A stretch of 63,994 bases of DNA, counting the filler, from Rhizaria sp. SCN 62-66 (taxonomy: Eukaryota): the NCBI GenBank assembly GCA_001724265.1. It is 3 parts of 3 records of this genome, joined end to end, with 100 filler letters (N's around TTAATTAATTAA, not from the genome) between each part and the next. Parts side by side here need not be neighbours in the genome. Positions count along the whole stretch, not along the records: positions 1 to 24,453 come from MEDY01000418.1; positions 24,554 to 49,023 come from MEDY01000419.1; 1 more part is not named here. One strand, given 5' to 3'. The translations under genes and the position numbers were made by a program. The notes beneath the pieces were generated by a model. It saw only the letters and a list, made by a program, of their open reading frames with translations, was not told the DNA's origin and ran no database searches. Of the stretch, positions 21,281-33,280 are shown in pieces; within the stretch, counting starts at the first letter, position 1, and the number at the start of each line of letters is the position of its first letter.

Positions 21281-24200
21281 TTATTCTTTGCGCGGCACAG
21301 CGTGCGCGATTTGAGTCGCCACAGGAGCCTGGCTGCCAGAGTCAGTACTTGCACCCGCATTCACATTGGCACCGGCATTCCTGTTTTTGCCCACTGGCAT
21401 CGCCACCTGCGGCTGTGACAGCTGCTGCTGCTGCTGTGCCGCGTTTGTAGGGGCGGCAACGGGCGGCGCGGCAGCAAGCGTCAGCACCTTGGCCCCCATA
21501 GCCTTGGCCTCGCACTGCAACAACGCACCCGCCGACCGCATTGCATTCGCACTACTCCCCGTCGCATTCGCCGCAGCACCGCTCTTACTCTTGCTGCTGG
21601 TCGCAGCAGCAGCAGCAGCAGCAACCGTCGCCGCTGTGGTGGCCTCGGCGGCGGCGTCAGCGGCAGCGCTGGCGGCCTCGGCCGCCGCCTCTGCCGCGAC
21701 CGCTGACAGATTGCTCGCACCGACGCTGCTGCTGTTGCTGCTGTTGCTGGCAACGGTCGCGAGCGCGGCGGTGAGCGCGGCCAGCGCGGCGCCGCCCCGG
21801 AGGTGGAGCGCGGCGAGTACAGCGCGGATGTAGCGCGCGTCTGCGGCCAGCTGCACCGCGGCCGAGGGCGAGAGACCGTGAGCGGGGTCTGCGGCCGCGG
21901 CGGCGACGCGCGAGCAGAGCGCGGCGACCGCGGCGGCCGCGGCCGAGGACAGCCAGAGCAGCGGGGCCGGGCGGGACAGCGAGGACGCCAGCGACAGAGA
22001 TAGGGGCGGCGACTGCGACTGCGAGAGAGTGAGCGACTGCTGCTGCTGTTGCTGCTGCTGCTGATGCTGCGAGCGGAGCAGCAGCATGCCGAGAGCAGTG
22101 GCGAGAGGCAGCGGGGGCGCGGCGGCGGCGGCAGCGTCCGCGCTGTCGGGCGACACGAACACGCTCCGGCGCGCGGCGGACTTGGCAGTAACGCTCGCAC
22201 TATCATGGCTGCCGTCGTTGTCAACATCACTATCGTCGTCGTCGTCGCTGTCGGTGCTGCCACACCCGTCGTCGTCGGCACTGAGAGCGTTGGCGCCGAG
22301 GTGACCGACGGCGTCGAGGTCGTCGTCCTCGTCGTGACCGTCGGCGCCGCCACTCTTGTTGCCGCCCCGGTGCCCAGCTCCAGCGCTGGCGCCGGCGCCC
22401 GCGCCGCCCTGCTTGGCGCCACGGTGGTCCGCGGCCGCGCGCTTGAGCCGGCGCCGGAGCCGCACGCCCACGGTCTCAAGCGCGCGCGCCAGCACCGGCG
22501 CGGCGCGGCCCGGCGTGCGGAGAATGCCCTGCGCGAGCGCGCGCGCCCAGTGCCACAGCAGGCCCTGGCGGGGCCGCGCCAGGGACCGCTCCAGAGAGGT
22601 CACCAGGCGAGAGCTAGAGCTTGCGCGAGAGATCGAGATAGCCGTGCTGACGACCGCGTTGCTGCTGCTGCTGGAGGCGTTACTGCTGTTACCGATGCTG
22701 TTGGCGGCGAGTGCGTGCGCGAGCAAGGAGGCCAGTGCGGACGCGGTGTCGACGACGACGGCCTCGGCCTCAGCAGCCGCGGCCGCGGTCGCATTCGCAG
22801 CGGTCCTGGCGCCCGCGCTGTAGCTGTCGCGATCATGATAATCGTCGGCAGAGTTCGCGTTGGCGTCGGCGCTCGCGAGAGGCGTGACCGCCGTCGCAGC
22901 GTCAGTCAGCGCGCGGACGCTGACCCGAATCACACCGCCACTGCCGCGAGCGCCGCTGCCGCTGTAGTTGTGGCCGCCACCGCGAGCGCCGCTGCCCAGA
23001 CTGCCGGCGCTTGCGGAGAGGTTGGTGACCGTGAGCGCGGCCTCGACCCCGCCAACCACCGCGACGAGCGCCTCGCCCGCCGCAACGGCGCCGACAGAGG
23101 GCGCGGAGAATAGCGGCAGCGCGCCCGCGAACCGGTGGCTTCGCGCCCCCGCCCCCGCTCCCGCCATAATAGCGCCCGCGGCCGCGGCGGGCGCGGCGGC
23201 ACAGGCGGCGGCGACGGCCGCGGCCAGGTGCGCGGCGGCGGGCGCAGCCAGCGCAAAGGCCGCAGCGTCCAGGGCGTGCGCGAACAGTGGCCACAGGGCG
23301 GCGGCAGCGCGCGGCGGCAGCGGCCAGAGGGGCTCGCGGGGGCCGCGGCCGGCGCCGGCGCCGACGAGCGTCGAGCTGGCGCTAGAGCTTGATGACGAGC
23401 TGCGACTGCTCGCGCTAGAGCTGCTACTGTTGGTGTTGCTGCTGCTGCTGCTGCTGCTGTTGCTGGGGTCGGTGAGGGCGAGGGCCGCGGCGGCGGTGGC
23501 GGCGTCGGCCTCGGCGGCGGCGGCGGGCGCGGCGGCGGCGGCCAGCAGCGCGCGCGACAGAGCGACGGACAGCGGCCGCTGCAGCTGCCACAGCAGAGGT
23601 AGGGATGACGACGATGATGATGACGAGAACTGGTCGCTGTTGCTCGCACCGCAGAACGCGCTGAAAAGAGCGCAGTTGATGTCGCTAGTCGTGCCGCTGC
23701 TACTGCTGTTGTTCTGAGCACTGTGGGTGTCGTTGTTGCTGCTCTTGCTGGCGGTCGAGCTGGAGGAGGCGAGTGCGAGATCCAGAGCGAGCGCGCGCGT
23801 GTGACACAGGGGCACGAAGAGGGGCAGCGCCTGCGCCGCGGTGTCGGGGCTGATCGTCGAAACCGCACTCGCCGTCGCAGTCGCGGAGTCAGCGCCGCTG
23901 GCGGTGGTCGCGAGGGTAGTCACAGTCGTCGTCGCCGTCGTCGTGATGGTTGTAGTGCCCGCGACGTTGTTGTCGCGAGCGCTAGCGGCGTTGCTGAAGA
24001 CGGCGGGTGACTTGAGCTGGTCGGCGTCCGCGTCCGCGTCGTTGTCGTTCTCGTCGCCGTCACCGTGTCCCTGGCTGTCGGCACTGCTGTCGTTGCCATT
24101 GCAGCTGTTGCGGAGCCAACCGGACAGCCACGGCGCATTGGACGCGCGAGAGAGCGAGCGAGCAGCGTCGCCGCCGTCTCCACTATCGCCGCTGCCATAC

Positions 24201-24453
24201 GCCGTCACAGGGGTGAAGGCGGCCATAGCGACGGCGACGGCGGGGTCGCCCGCGCCCGCACTTTTAGCCTGGTTGCCCGACCTGTTGCCCTTCTTGGGAA
24301 CCGCGAGACTGTGGCCGCCGTAGCCGCCAGTCGCCTTGCCGGTGTTTCTCGCGGCCAGCCGCCACGCCGGCAGCGCAGCCGCCAGCGCGGCCCGCACCGC
24401 CCCCGCCGCGGCCTCTGCGCAGCGCAGCACGGCCGTCGCCGCCGCCGCCGCTA
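21281..24453 (-). CDS. COG7-like Golgi tethering subunit, C-terminal part; 5' end lost at the contig break
   Basis: LPLFSAPS...GEALVAV and WLSSAA...LSPSAAVQLAADARYIRAVLAALHL resemble COG7 C-terminal motifs as recalled. The frame is open to the gap and ends in TAA. Confidence 0.5.
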
Positions 24454-24553
24454 NNNNNNNNNNNNNNNNNNNNNNNNNNNNNNNNNNNNNNNNNNNNTTA
24501 ATTAATTAANNNNNNNNNNNNNNNNNNNNNNNNNNNNNNNNNNNNNNNNNNNN
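24454..24553. other. Artificial contig linker (Ns flanking TTAATTAATTAA)
   Basis: 100-nt N block with a six-frame-stop palindrome at 24498-24509; identical to the second gap. Confidence 0.97.
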
Positions 24554-24988
24554 TGGACTATTTCGCTCGTAGTGAAATAGAAAAGTGCGCACCAAGGCGC
24601 GAAAATCGCGGAAAACACGTTTTTTCATAAACCTCTACATCGGGGGTATGTGAATGTTACATCTCATGTAAACTAATAAGTTGTTTTCGTTGTTGTTTTT
24701 GTTCATCAACTGCGTGACTCGAAAATAATGTTAAGCTTCTTCCGTATCACATTATATTAACCTTCACCACTGCCCAAAACAAAAAGTGAAACGAAGCGAG
24801 TAAAAAACATATAAAGATGACACCAACCCTTGTTATCAAAACCACTCACCAGACATGCTACACGGCTCGGTTTCTTGTGCACTACAGAAGACCGTGTCGC
24901 ATTACCCAACTCACCACCTTGCACTGGACTGTGCTGCTGCGCTGCACCTCATGTCACTCCGCCACACGTTGCTGCAATGTGGTAGAAT

Positions 24989-27900
24989 TCAGTTGAAAAG
25001 GTGACGCTTTACTCCAATGTACCTATCGTTGAATTCCTGCGTCTTATATACAGCGTACTCCTGCGACGTGTCCGCCTTGTTGGCGTAAAAGTTCGCCAGC
25101 GCGCGGCGCGCAGACTCAGGCGCCTCATCAAGAGCGGCAAAAACGCGGCGGGTACGACGAGCCGCGGTCAAACGTACTTTTTCCTCATCTGTCAGCGATA
25201 AATTCATGCTGCAGCCGTGGTCTTTAGTGCACTTCACAACGTGTTTGTGCATGTCGGCGCGGGTTGGTGCGGTGGCGTCAAAGCAGACACCGCAAAAGTG
25301 GTGCTAAGGAAGACTAGTATTGTCGCATTGCACTGCGGCGCAAGCTTCCCAATCGATCACCATGCTGCCACAGCCTGGCATCGGGCAGTGGTCACGTAAG
25401 GCGTCCTGCAGCTTCTCAACAACGTCCCAGTGTTCTTGCTCAATAGGGTCGCGCGTCGTAAAATCTGGGTCGCCAAAACGGTGTGTCTTGTTGCATGACG
25501 TGCACTTGAAGTACTTCGAGTTCTGAGTGTTCGCAGAGACCTCGTGAATCTCAAAGCAGCGCGTCGAAGGGCACTTGACAAACTCGTGCTCCGGGTCCGA
25601 ATCGATGTAGGTCACGAGCGCAGCGCCAACAAGGCCGTCGACGTCCTCGCGGCTCAGAGCGCCCATCGGCAGATCACAGAGCAGCAGCGATTGATGACAA
25701 ACCGAACACTTGATCTTCCCACCTTTGATATCGGGAAGAGCGTTCTGCAAGCACTCCGTGCAAAGCAAATGGTCACACAAGAAGGGTGCAAGACCAAGGT
25801 TAAGGTGCGACACAGGCTCCCCGCAGGTACAGCACTGGTTTTTGGCACCATTTTTGCTCAGCTCGTTGCGGTGCGTTTCATTGGTTTCCTTGAACAATTG
25901 TCCACGGCTCCTAAACGTTGCTTCAAACTCCTCAACTTGCCTCTTCGAACCCGAAACGTAGAACGACTTCTTTGTGCTTGTGGCTTCAAAGTCGACAATA
26001 GTTGCCTTGCTAGCCGAGCGAACGGACTCGATTGCCGTCGCGGGCGTGCTGGCAACAACCTCAACAAGCTTATCGACCACCTCCATGGAAACTAGCTCGG
26101 CCACGAGCAACTTGACGTTGGCGAGCATCTTTGTGGATGCATCCATGCTGCTGTAGACAAACATTGCGCAAGACGTGCGACAGTAACGACCCCATGCGGG
26201 TCCAGTGCCCTTACGTTGGCTGATTAAGGTGGCAATCTTCTTGGTCGCGGTGGGCCCAGCCATACGCCGGACAATCTCCAAGCAGCGAGTCGTAGTCGTG
26301 TCAATTTTGTGCTCAGCACACGTGATGACGCTCTTGAGTGTGTCAATGCGCTTAACGTCAGCCAGGCCAACAGTTACAACGACGTGGGTTTTGCTCAACT
26401 CATCGCGCCCGATAGAGCTTTTGTTGTCAGGCGAGTCCAGTTTTGAGCTAATGCACTGCTGCAACTCATCGCCAATTGCGTTACCTGCGTCAAGCGGCAT
26501 GGTGATACTGAGCACAAATATCTTACCCTGACACTCGAGGCTGTCGATGTTACCAAGCTCAGCCTTTGTGGGCACAACGGGGCACGACGCCATAGTAACA
26601 TCGGCGTAGTAGCGCTTTGGCTTGGACTTATAGAGGAAGCCTGAGGACACAACCTTCATGTTGCGCTCAGTTACAAACGCGGGCAGCTTGCGCTCACCGT
26701 TGGCGGACCACGTAAAGCGCACGCACTGCTCCACGCGCCGGCGCACTGTTGGGTCGGGGCTGACGCGATAATCGCCCTCCGCTGCCGAAATCAACTCAGC
26801 AGTGCGCGCGAAGGCGTAGGTCCCGTTATTCTTGAGGTATTTGTGTACCTCGGCTGCGTCTGTGCTGCTCGCGCATACAAGCGTCACGCGCAGATTCTGG
26901 GAGTCTTCCTGTGGCGCTGAAACAACTGTGACAACCTTCTTACTCACGCCACGCAACGCGCGCTGACGGATACGGAACTCAGGATAGCACTCGTTTAAGG
27001 GTACATCAGTGAGACGCATCATCGCAGTCGCGCCGCTCGGTAGCAGGTTTGTGGCTGTAAGCCCAGCGCCACAAATGACCGCAGTACCGTCACCAATGTC
27101 AAACTGACGCTGCTCACACAGCATCCTCTCTCGGGTCTCTTGCATATGATCCTTGAGTAGATCGAGGGCTTTCTCAAGGTTAGTTGCGTTGTGAGCGCGC
27201 ACGGTGACGTAACCAGATCCCAGCTGGAGCGTGCAAATGTTGCCGTAGCGATTCTCGAACGCCTGAATGTGCCAGACACCGGGGAATGCGGCGTTAAGCT
27301 GACCAACCGTGTAGCTGTTGATCTCCTGCTCGGCCATCTGCGGCATGCTGTTCATGTACTCGCTGCACTTCTTGTACATGCTACTACTCTCACGGGTAAT
27401 CCAATCCAGCTCGACGGCGTACGGCGGCGTTGTGATGATGAACTGATTTTGCACGGCGTGTGACGTGAGGAACACGGACCAGTCACGAGCCTTCATGATG
27501 TTTTCAGCAGTCTGGGGACGCCAGTTAGTAAGAATCCTACCGCTTGCAACATGCACGTACTGGGCTTGGAACATCGCTGTACTCTTGTTCGCGGCGGCCT
27601 CTTGAACTGCCTTGGGCACAAGCTTAAGCAAAGCGTGCGTAAAGTAACCAGACGCAACGCATTCGCACACCATTTTAGACGAAATGTCGCTGACCTGAGG
27701 CTGTACGTTTAGCGCGGACGGCTCGGCAACGCTGGCGAAGAAATTCTTAAAGTCACTGCTAGCGCGCTCAATCCACTTTTCTGCCAGCGTAAAGTACTCG
27801 CGCGGAAGCTTGCTCTCGTTCATAATCTTATGCTTGTCCATAGACCCGGACACCCATTCGATAATAAACTTCACGCAGACAGACAATGCAACAGGCTTCT

Positions 27901-30247
27901 TAGTGCAAACGCTGGTTGCCGCATTGTTTGCACTCTCCGCATCTCCCGCGCTCCTGCGCTCGTTTTCTGCACCATCCGCCGACGCCACGCCAAGTCCGTT
28001 GTAGCCCGGGCTTGACACGTGCACAAGTTGCAGTGCCGCAGCCACGTACAGACCGATCGAGTTCCTGTGCCGCTTCATGGCCTCCCAGACAACACGCGTA
28101 AGCTCGATTGAGCAGCCCACGATGACACTTAAGCGACCGTAGTCGGTAATGGTGTAGCTCTTGCCGTCGTAGTGAACAGCTTTGAGATCACACAAGTCAT
28201 CGAGTGCCTGCTTGACGCTGTTTTCCGGGGGACGCTCAAACCACTCGAAGTTTAATGGGTTCTTGCGCAATGAGATAAGTGCCATCAGCGTCGTCTGCAG
28301 AGGCTGACTGAGCACCACGGGGCGGTTCGACGCTGGAAAGCGCTCAAAGTCATCCTTGCCGTACAGGCGCACACAGATGCCGGCGCGCGTGCGGCCCGCG
28401 CGTCCGGCGCGCTGGGTGGCAGAGGCCTTCGAAATGGACTGCAGCGACACGTGTGCAACGTGCGTCTCGGGGTTGTACTCGGTCGCGGAGCGTAGTCCAG
28501 GGTCAATGACAACAGCAACGCCGTCAATCGTCAGTGATGTCTCAGCCATTGCTGTCGCCAAGTACACGACAACGGTCGCACGTTTTTCATCGGCTTCGAT
28601 GTGCCGCTGTGCCAGCTGTTCCTGCTTGGGCGTCAAAGTTCCACTCTGAAACAACGGCAGGTTGGATGCGGCAGCCAGCTCGCTTTCGCTGTCGGTCAGA
28701 GTCATAGTCTCGTAGCATACATCGACAGCAACGCCGCGCGTGTGCGCCGGGCGGCGCAACGCACGGTTTGCCGCCTCGACGTCGGCGTCCGTCGGAAGAA
28801 AAACGAGGACGTTACCTTGCGCGCGCCCGCAGAGGTCACCACGGAAGTACTCATCGACGGCGCGCACAGCTGCAGCCACAACAGTGCTAGCGCTGAGACG
28901 CTCGACAGGGGGACGATACACAATCTTGAGCCAACTGTGCGCGCTCTGAATATCGACGTGTTGGACTTTAAGTCCAGAAGCCTCGAAATAACGTTTGAAT
29001 GCGTTGGCGTCAATCGTGCCCGACATCACGACGAGCTTGACACCAGCGCGCGCGGCGTCGGCCGCAAGCTCCAGCAGCACGTCACTTTCGATACTGCGCG
29101 TGTGCGCCTCGTCGACAACAATGCAGCCAACGGTGGCCTTGGGAACAAGCTCAGACACCTTGTCTCCACGGCCCTTGTCGATAAGCGCGCGGTAAGCGCT
29201 AATGACGTCGCTCTCCGACGCATATGCAATGCGCAAGGTGTCCGGGGCGTTCGCGCAAGCACTGCCCAGGCAGTATACCGCATCTTTGAAGTGCTTTGGA
29301 ACGTCCTTAAGAGCGTCAGAGACTACCTCGGCGTTATTCCTGACCTGAGTATTGGCCTTGAGTAGGCCGCGAACCTTGAAGCAGTCGCCGGCGAAGACAT
29401 CGCGTACGTATTTGGCAAGGCTAAATGCCGCAATGCGATGCGGCTGCGAGCACAGCACAATCTTGCCGTCCATGATGCTCATGTCAGCGATGTATTGGGG
29501 CACGAGAGTACTCTTACCACAGCCGGGCGCACCGGTGACGAGGACGACGTCGTTCGAAGCGACTGCTTTCTCGATATCGTTGCGAGCCCACCGTGCCGCG
29601 TGCTTACCGTTCAGCAGAGCTGCCTCGCGCCGCGCATAGCTGAAGAACTCAGTGCACTGACTTGCGCTAGTAGCAACGCGCTGTAGCGCAGCGAGCTTCG
29701 AGTTGATGCGTGTGCGTACGACGTTGAGGTAGAGCGTGAGCTTGGCCTCCTCTGCAGCCTTGTCCTCGTCAGACAGATTACTATGCGTCGCGCGAATGAG
29801 GTCGGCCACAGCTTCAACTTCCATGCCACAGTGGCTTGCAAGGCTGAGCAAGGTGGACAGACTCAGAGAGCTGCTTTGTGCTGGAGTGGAGGGTGTAGTG
29901 GAGGAGGACCTGGTACTGCTGCTCGCAGCCTTCTGGGGAGTCGACTTAAGGGAGGAGATCACATTGGGCTAGGGCCGGTTCTTAGCCGCCTCATAATCCT
30001 TATCGTCGCGATGCGTGTAAGGGCAGATGTTGCATGCGTTTTCGCCAATCTTGCACAACGCACGAAGTCCCTTGAAACTGCACAAAGCTGTTGCGCCAAC
30101 ATGACGATCTGTGCACCCAGGCTTCTTGCACAACGCGGTACGTACGTAGTAGCAGAGAGGAGTGGCGTGATTTCGGCAGTTGTGCCGAAAGCACCCATAA
30201 CCATGCTTTTGGTTATGTGGGTCCCTCTCGAAGACGCACTCTTGCAT
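24989..30247 (-). CDS. CCCH zinc finger + DEAH-box helicase + RBR (RING1-IBR-RING2) ubiquitin ligase, ~1752 aa, intronless CDS; in-frame TAGs at 29971-29969 and 25306-25304
   Basis: ORFs 29969-30247, 25304-29962 and 24989-25252 share one frame and are separated only by TAG. Motifs GAPGCGKST, VVDEAH, MSGT, AETSLTIDG, QRAGRAGR and C-terminal Cys/His clusters. Ends in TGA. Confidence 0.88.
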
Positions 30248-30477
30248 TTTTGGTTTGCTTTCGATCGCTAGTCCCTGTGTTCGGATAGTCGGGTGGGAGA
30301 AAAAGGAACACGGAGAAAGTAGTCAAATAAGGTGTTTTCAGTATTTGTTCGCAAAAAAAAACTATTACGTAAATAAAAACACTATATTTGCTAATGAATA
30401 GTTATACTTCGAGGCACGCGAGGATTAACTTAACTTGGATTATAGCAAGTAGCAAGAAAGATCCTTGGACAGACAAA

Positions 30478-30524
30478 ACATCACTTACCTGGATTGGTGG
30501 TGGACATCACTTACCTGGATTGGT
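30478..30524. repeat. Direct repeat of 21-mer ACATCACTTACCTGGATTGGT (30478-30498, 30504-30524); on the minus strand, two CAG|GTAAGT donor sites
   Basis: Read directly; lies upstream of the helicase gene. Confidence 0.85.
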
Positions 30525-31082
30525 TGTGAGAAGCCGTCATTGTTTTTGATTCGTGGTGGATTTGAAATCCAGACAATAACATCCACCCAGGATGCGCATA
30601 CTACGTCCTCAACAACAAAACTGACAACCGATGTGAAATTCTGATCTCATTTTGACTTCCACCATGTATGCGCGCGCAATATCTCCCTACACGAGCTGCG
30701 CGAACTTGTTTAAGGATAGTTATGTTTGTTTTCGGTTGTAATTGTGTATAATAATCATTTACTATTTACGTAATATCATCATCATTATCATCAAAATATA
30801 ACAACAACACTAAACCACACAACCCGTACGGTATGAGTACAAGCGGCGAGTGTTTGATCAGTGATATCGTAACATCGTAACTTTTCCTTTCTCTTTTGTT
30901 TGTCAGTTAGGTTAGATGAGATCAAGCATGTTCGGATGAGCGCTGCCGAGATTCGCTGTTTTAACAATACCTCCAAATTTCTTCGTTGTGTGTCTCAAAA
31001 TAGCACCTCTCTCTTTTCAGCTCGCTCGGGCACTTAGATTGAGATGAGACAACAATCTAAGCGGGGATCCGCGTCAGCCCAC

Positions 31083-32562
31083 TTACTCCTGCTTCTCGGC
31101 CTCGACGGGCTCGTCATCCGAGTCGCCGCCCGCGGCCTCGGCGTCGGCGTCGTCGCCCTCGCCGCCGAAGTTCATGCCGGAGAAGTCGGGCATGCCGCCC
31201 GCGCCGCCCATGCCCTGCATGAGGGACGCCATGTCCATGCCGCCCATGCCCTCCATGCCGGGCATGCCGCCCATGCCGCCCATGCCGCCCTGTGCAGCGC
31301 GGAAAGAGAACAAAAAGGGGAAGATGTCGAGACAAAAGTGAGCGTGACGTGGGAAAAATAAGTGCAGGAATAGCTTCAGTCGAGGGGAATATGTTAAAGC
31401 TAAGGTTGTGATGAGCATCAAAATAATGTTTTCGTGGTTAATTTAGTTGTTATATAAACGTACCTGGCCCATCTGAGCCATAAGGGAGGCAAGGTCGAAG
31501 TTGCCGCCGCCCATGCCGCCCATGCCGCCTGTTGCAACGAGAGAAATAAGGGAATATAGGACATAAAAGATGAAACCAAAAGTGAGCCAACGTGAAATTT
31601 GTCATGAAACTAACAAACTATATCTTGCAGCAAAGACATGAACGCAACGCGACTTGATCTTTGTGAACAGAACGAAGTAATCAAGTCGAGGGGCTCAAGC
31701 TTAGAGCTTATGCCGAGTGTTACTTCAAGCTGTAGTTCGGCATATTGATATGTACACGTACCCATGCCACCCTGGCCGAAGTCGGCGTCGGGGGCCTTCT
31801 CACCCTCGTCGTCCTCGTCAGCCCAGAGGTCCCAGTCGACCTTCATGTGCTGCTTGAACTTGGCGGCGTCGGGGGTGAGCTTGTTCCACCAGCCCTGGGC
31901 GGACTCAGCCTTGACGAGGCGGATCTCAACGCCACGGTCCTTGACGGCGAACGCGGAGGCGGAAGCATCGATCTTGTCCTTGAGGGGGAACTCGAGCTTG
32001 AACTCCTTGCCCTGCTCGTTGGCGGTGAAGGAGAGGGAGGACTCGGTGAGATCGAGCTTGGTGGACTTGGCGGTGGGGATCTCGATGGTGACCCAGAGCT
32101 CGGTGGCGTTCTCAGCCCAGCGGAAAGGAGGAATAGTACTGTGGTGGAAATAAACAGAAGAATGAGCCCGGTGGCAGTAGTGTGATGAAGGAAAAATAGC
32201 GAAACAGTGGCGAGATGGGAACAAACAAAGTGGGGAAAGGCACGGTTCGGGAACGAAGGTCGGCCGGAGACACGCATGATGGTGATTGGGAGATAGGTTA
32301 TGGCGTTAGAACAATCATTCAAGAAGTGAAACAAGAATGAAAAGGATGAAAATCAAGAGGGAAATGTGTGAGGAATGGTTTCAAGGTCGAAAAAGCTGAT
32401 TAGCGGAAAGGACGTAGGAAAAGAAAGAGGCGCGGAAAGAGTCCTCTCAAGCCGACATCTCACAATGCGCAATGAGCAAAACAGCGGACAAAAGCGCTCG
32501 CTCTGCTCACAGAATATCGCCAATAAAAAAGATCTTCCAAAGTTGTCGCTAACGTACCTCAT
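31083..32562 (-). CDS. HSP90 co-chaperone p23/Sba1 (CS domain) with GGM-repeat tail, ~217 aa; exons 32562-32558, 32138-31762, 31528-31464, 31289-31083
   Basis: PPFRWAE...WVTIE, WWNKL, MKVDWDLWADEDDE and GGMGGM repeats. Three GTACGT-AG introns, all in phase. Ends in TAA. Confidence 0.92.
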
Positions 32563-33280
32563 AGTAAGTTCTGATGATCAGTTACAAACGGAACAACACA
32601 GCGACAAAGTCACCGCAACTTGAGATATGGTTCCCTGTCCCGCTCGCCGGTCAGCCACCTCACCTCGACCACAAACGCACACTTTCGTCAACTTCGCGAA
32701 CTTCGGTTACGGAGGACCGAAAAAAACTCCGACATGAAACACTAACAAAGCTAATATACTGCGAATAAACAAGTTGTGGAAACAAATAAGCAATAGAGCA
32801 AAACATTGTTGGGGGAATTGTTTTGTTATTTCGTTTGTATGTATTGTTTCTTTGTCGTTATCATCGCATAAAGTAACATTGTCCGTGTCTGCCTATGTGT
32901 CTGCGCAGTGTACGCGCAACACTCACAAACACACACTTAATAACACATTAAATTTCACTACATCTTCTTTCCACGCACTCACTAAGTATAGTTTCGTATC
33001 CCAAACACAAAAACAAGAACAAAGCCGTCAAAGACACAAGGCGCACGCATCGCGCTCTGCTGCTGAAGTCACAGTTACACTTGATTGCTCCTGCCTTTGT
33101 TTGTTGTCCTGGGACACACGTTCTACGATATTATTATTATTATTATATAGAACGCTTAATGTCTCTGCCGTACATCACCATCGTCATTATCACATCACAA
33201 TAAAAACTCCCCACAAACTGGACAACATTCGCTATATTAGCCAATAGTACTGAGCAATATACGAAGCGGTTGTTGTTCCT

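Noticed and set aside
24498-24509. TTAATTAATTAA palindrome inside both N gaps
   Set aside because: Artificial six-frame-stop linker. Gene adjacency across the gaps has no biological meaning.
1629-29971. Pyrrolysine or programmed gene-specific read-through as the explanation for the TAGs
   Set aside because: The sites are in unrelated proteins at non-catalytic positions, one is in poly-Gln, and they share no obvious downstream signal beyond a +4 pyrimidine. General reassignment is simpler, though leaky suppression is not formally excluded.
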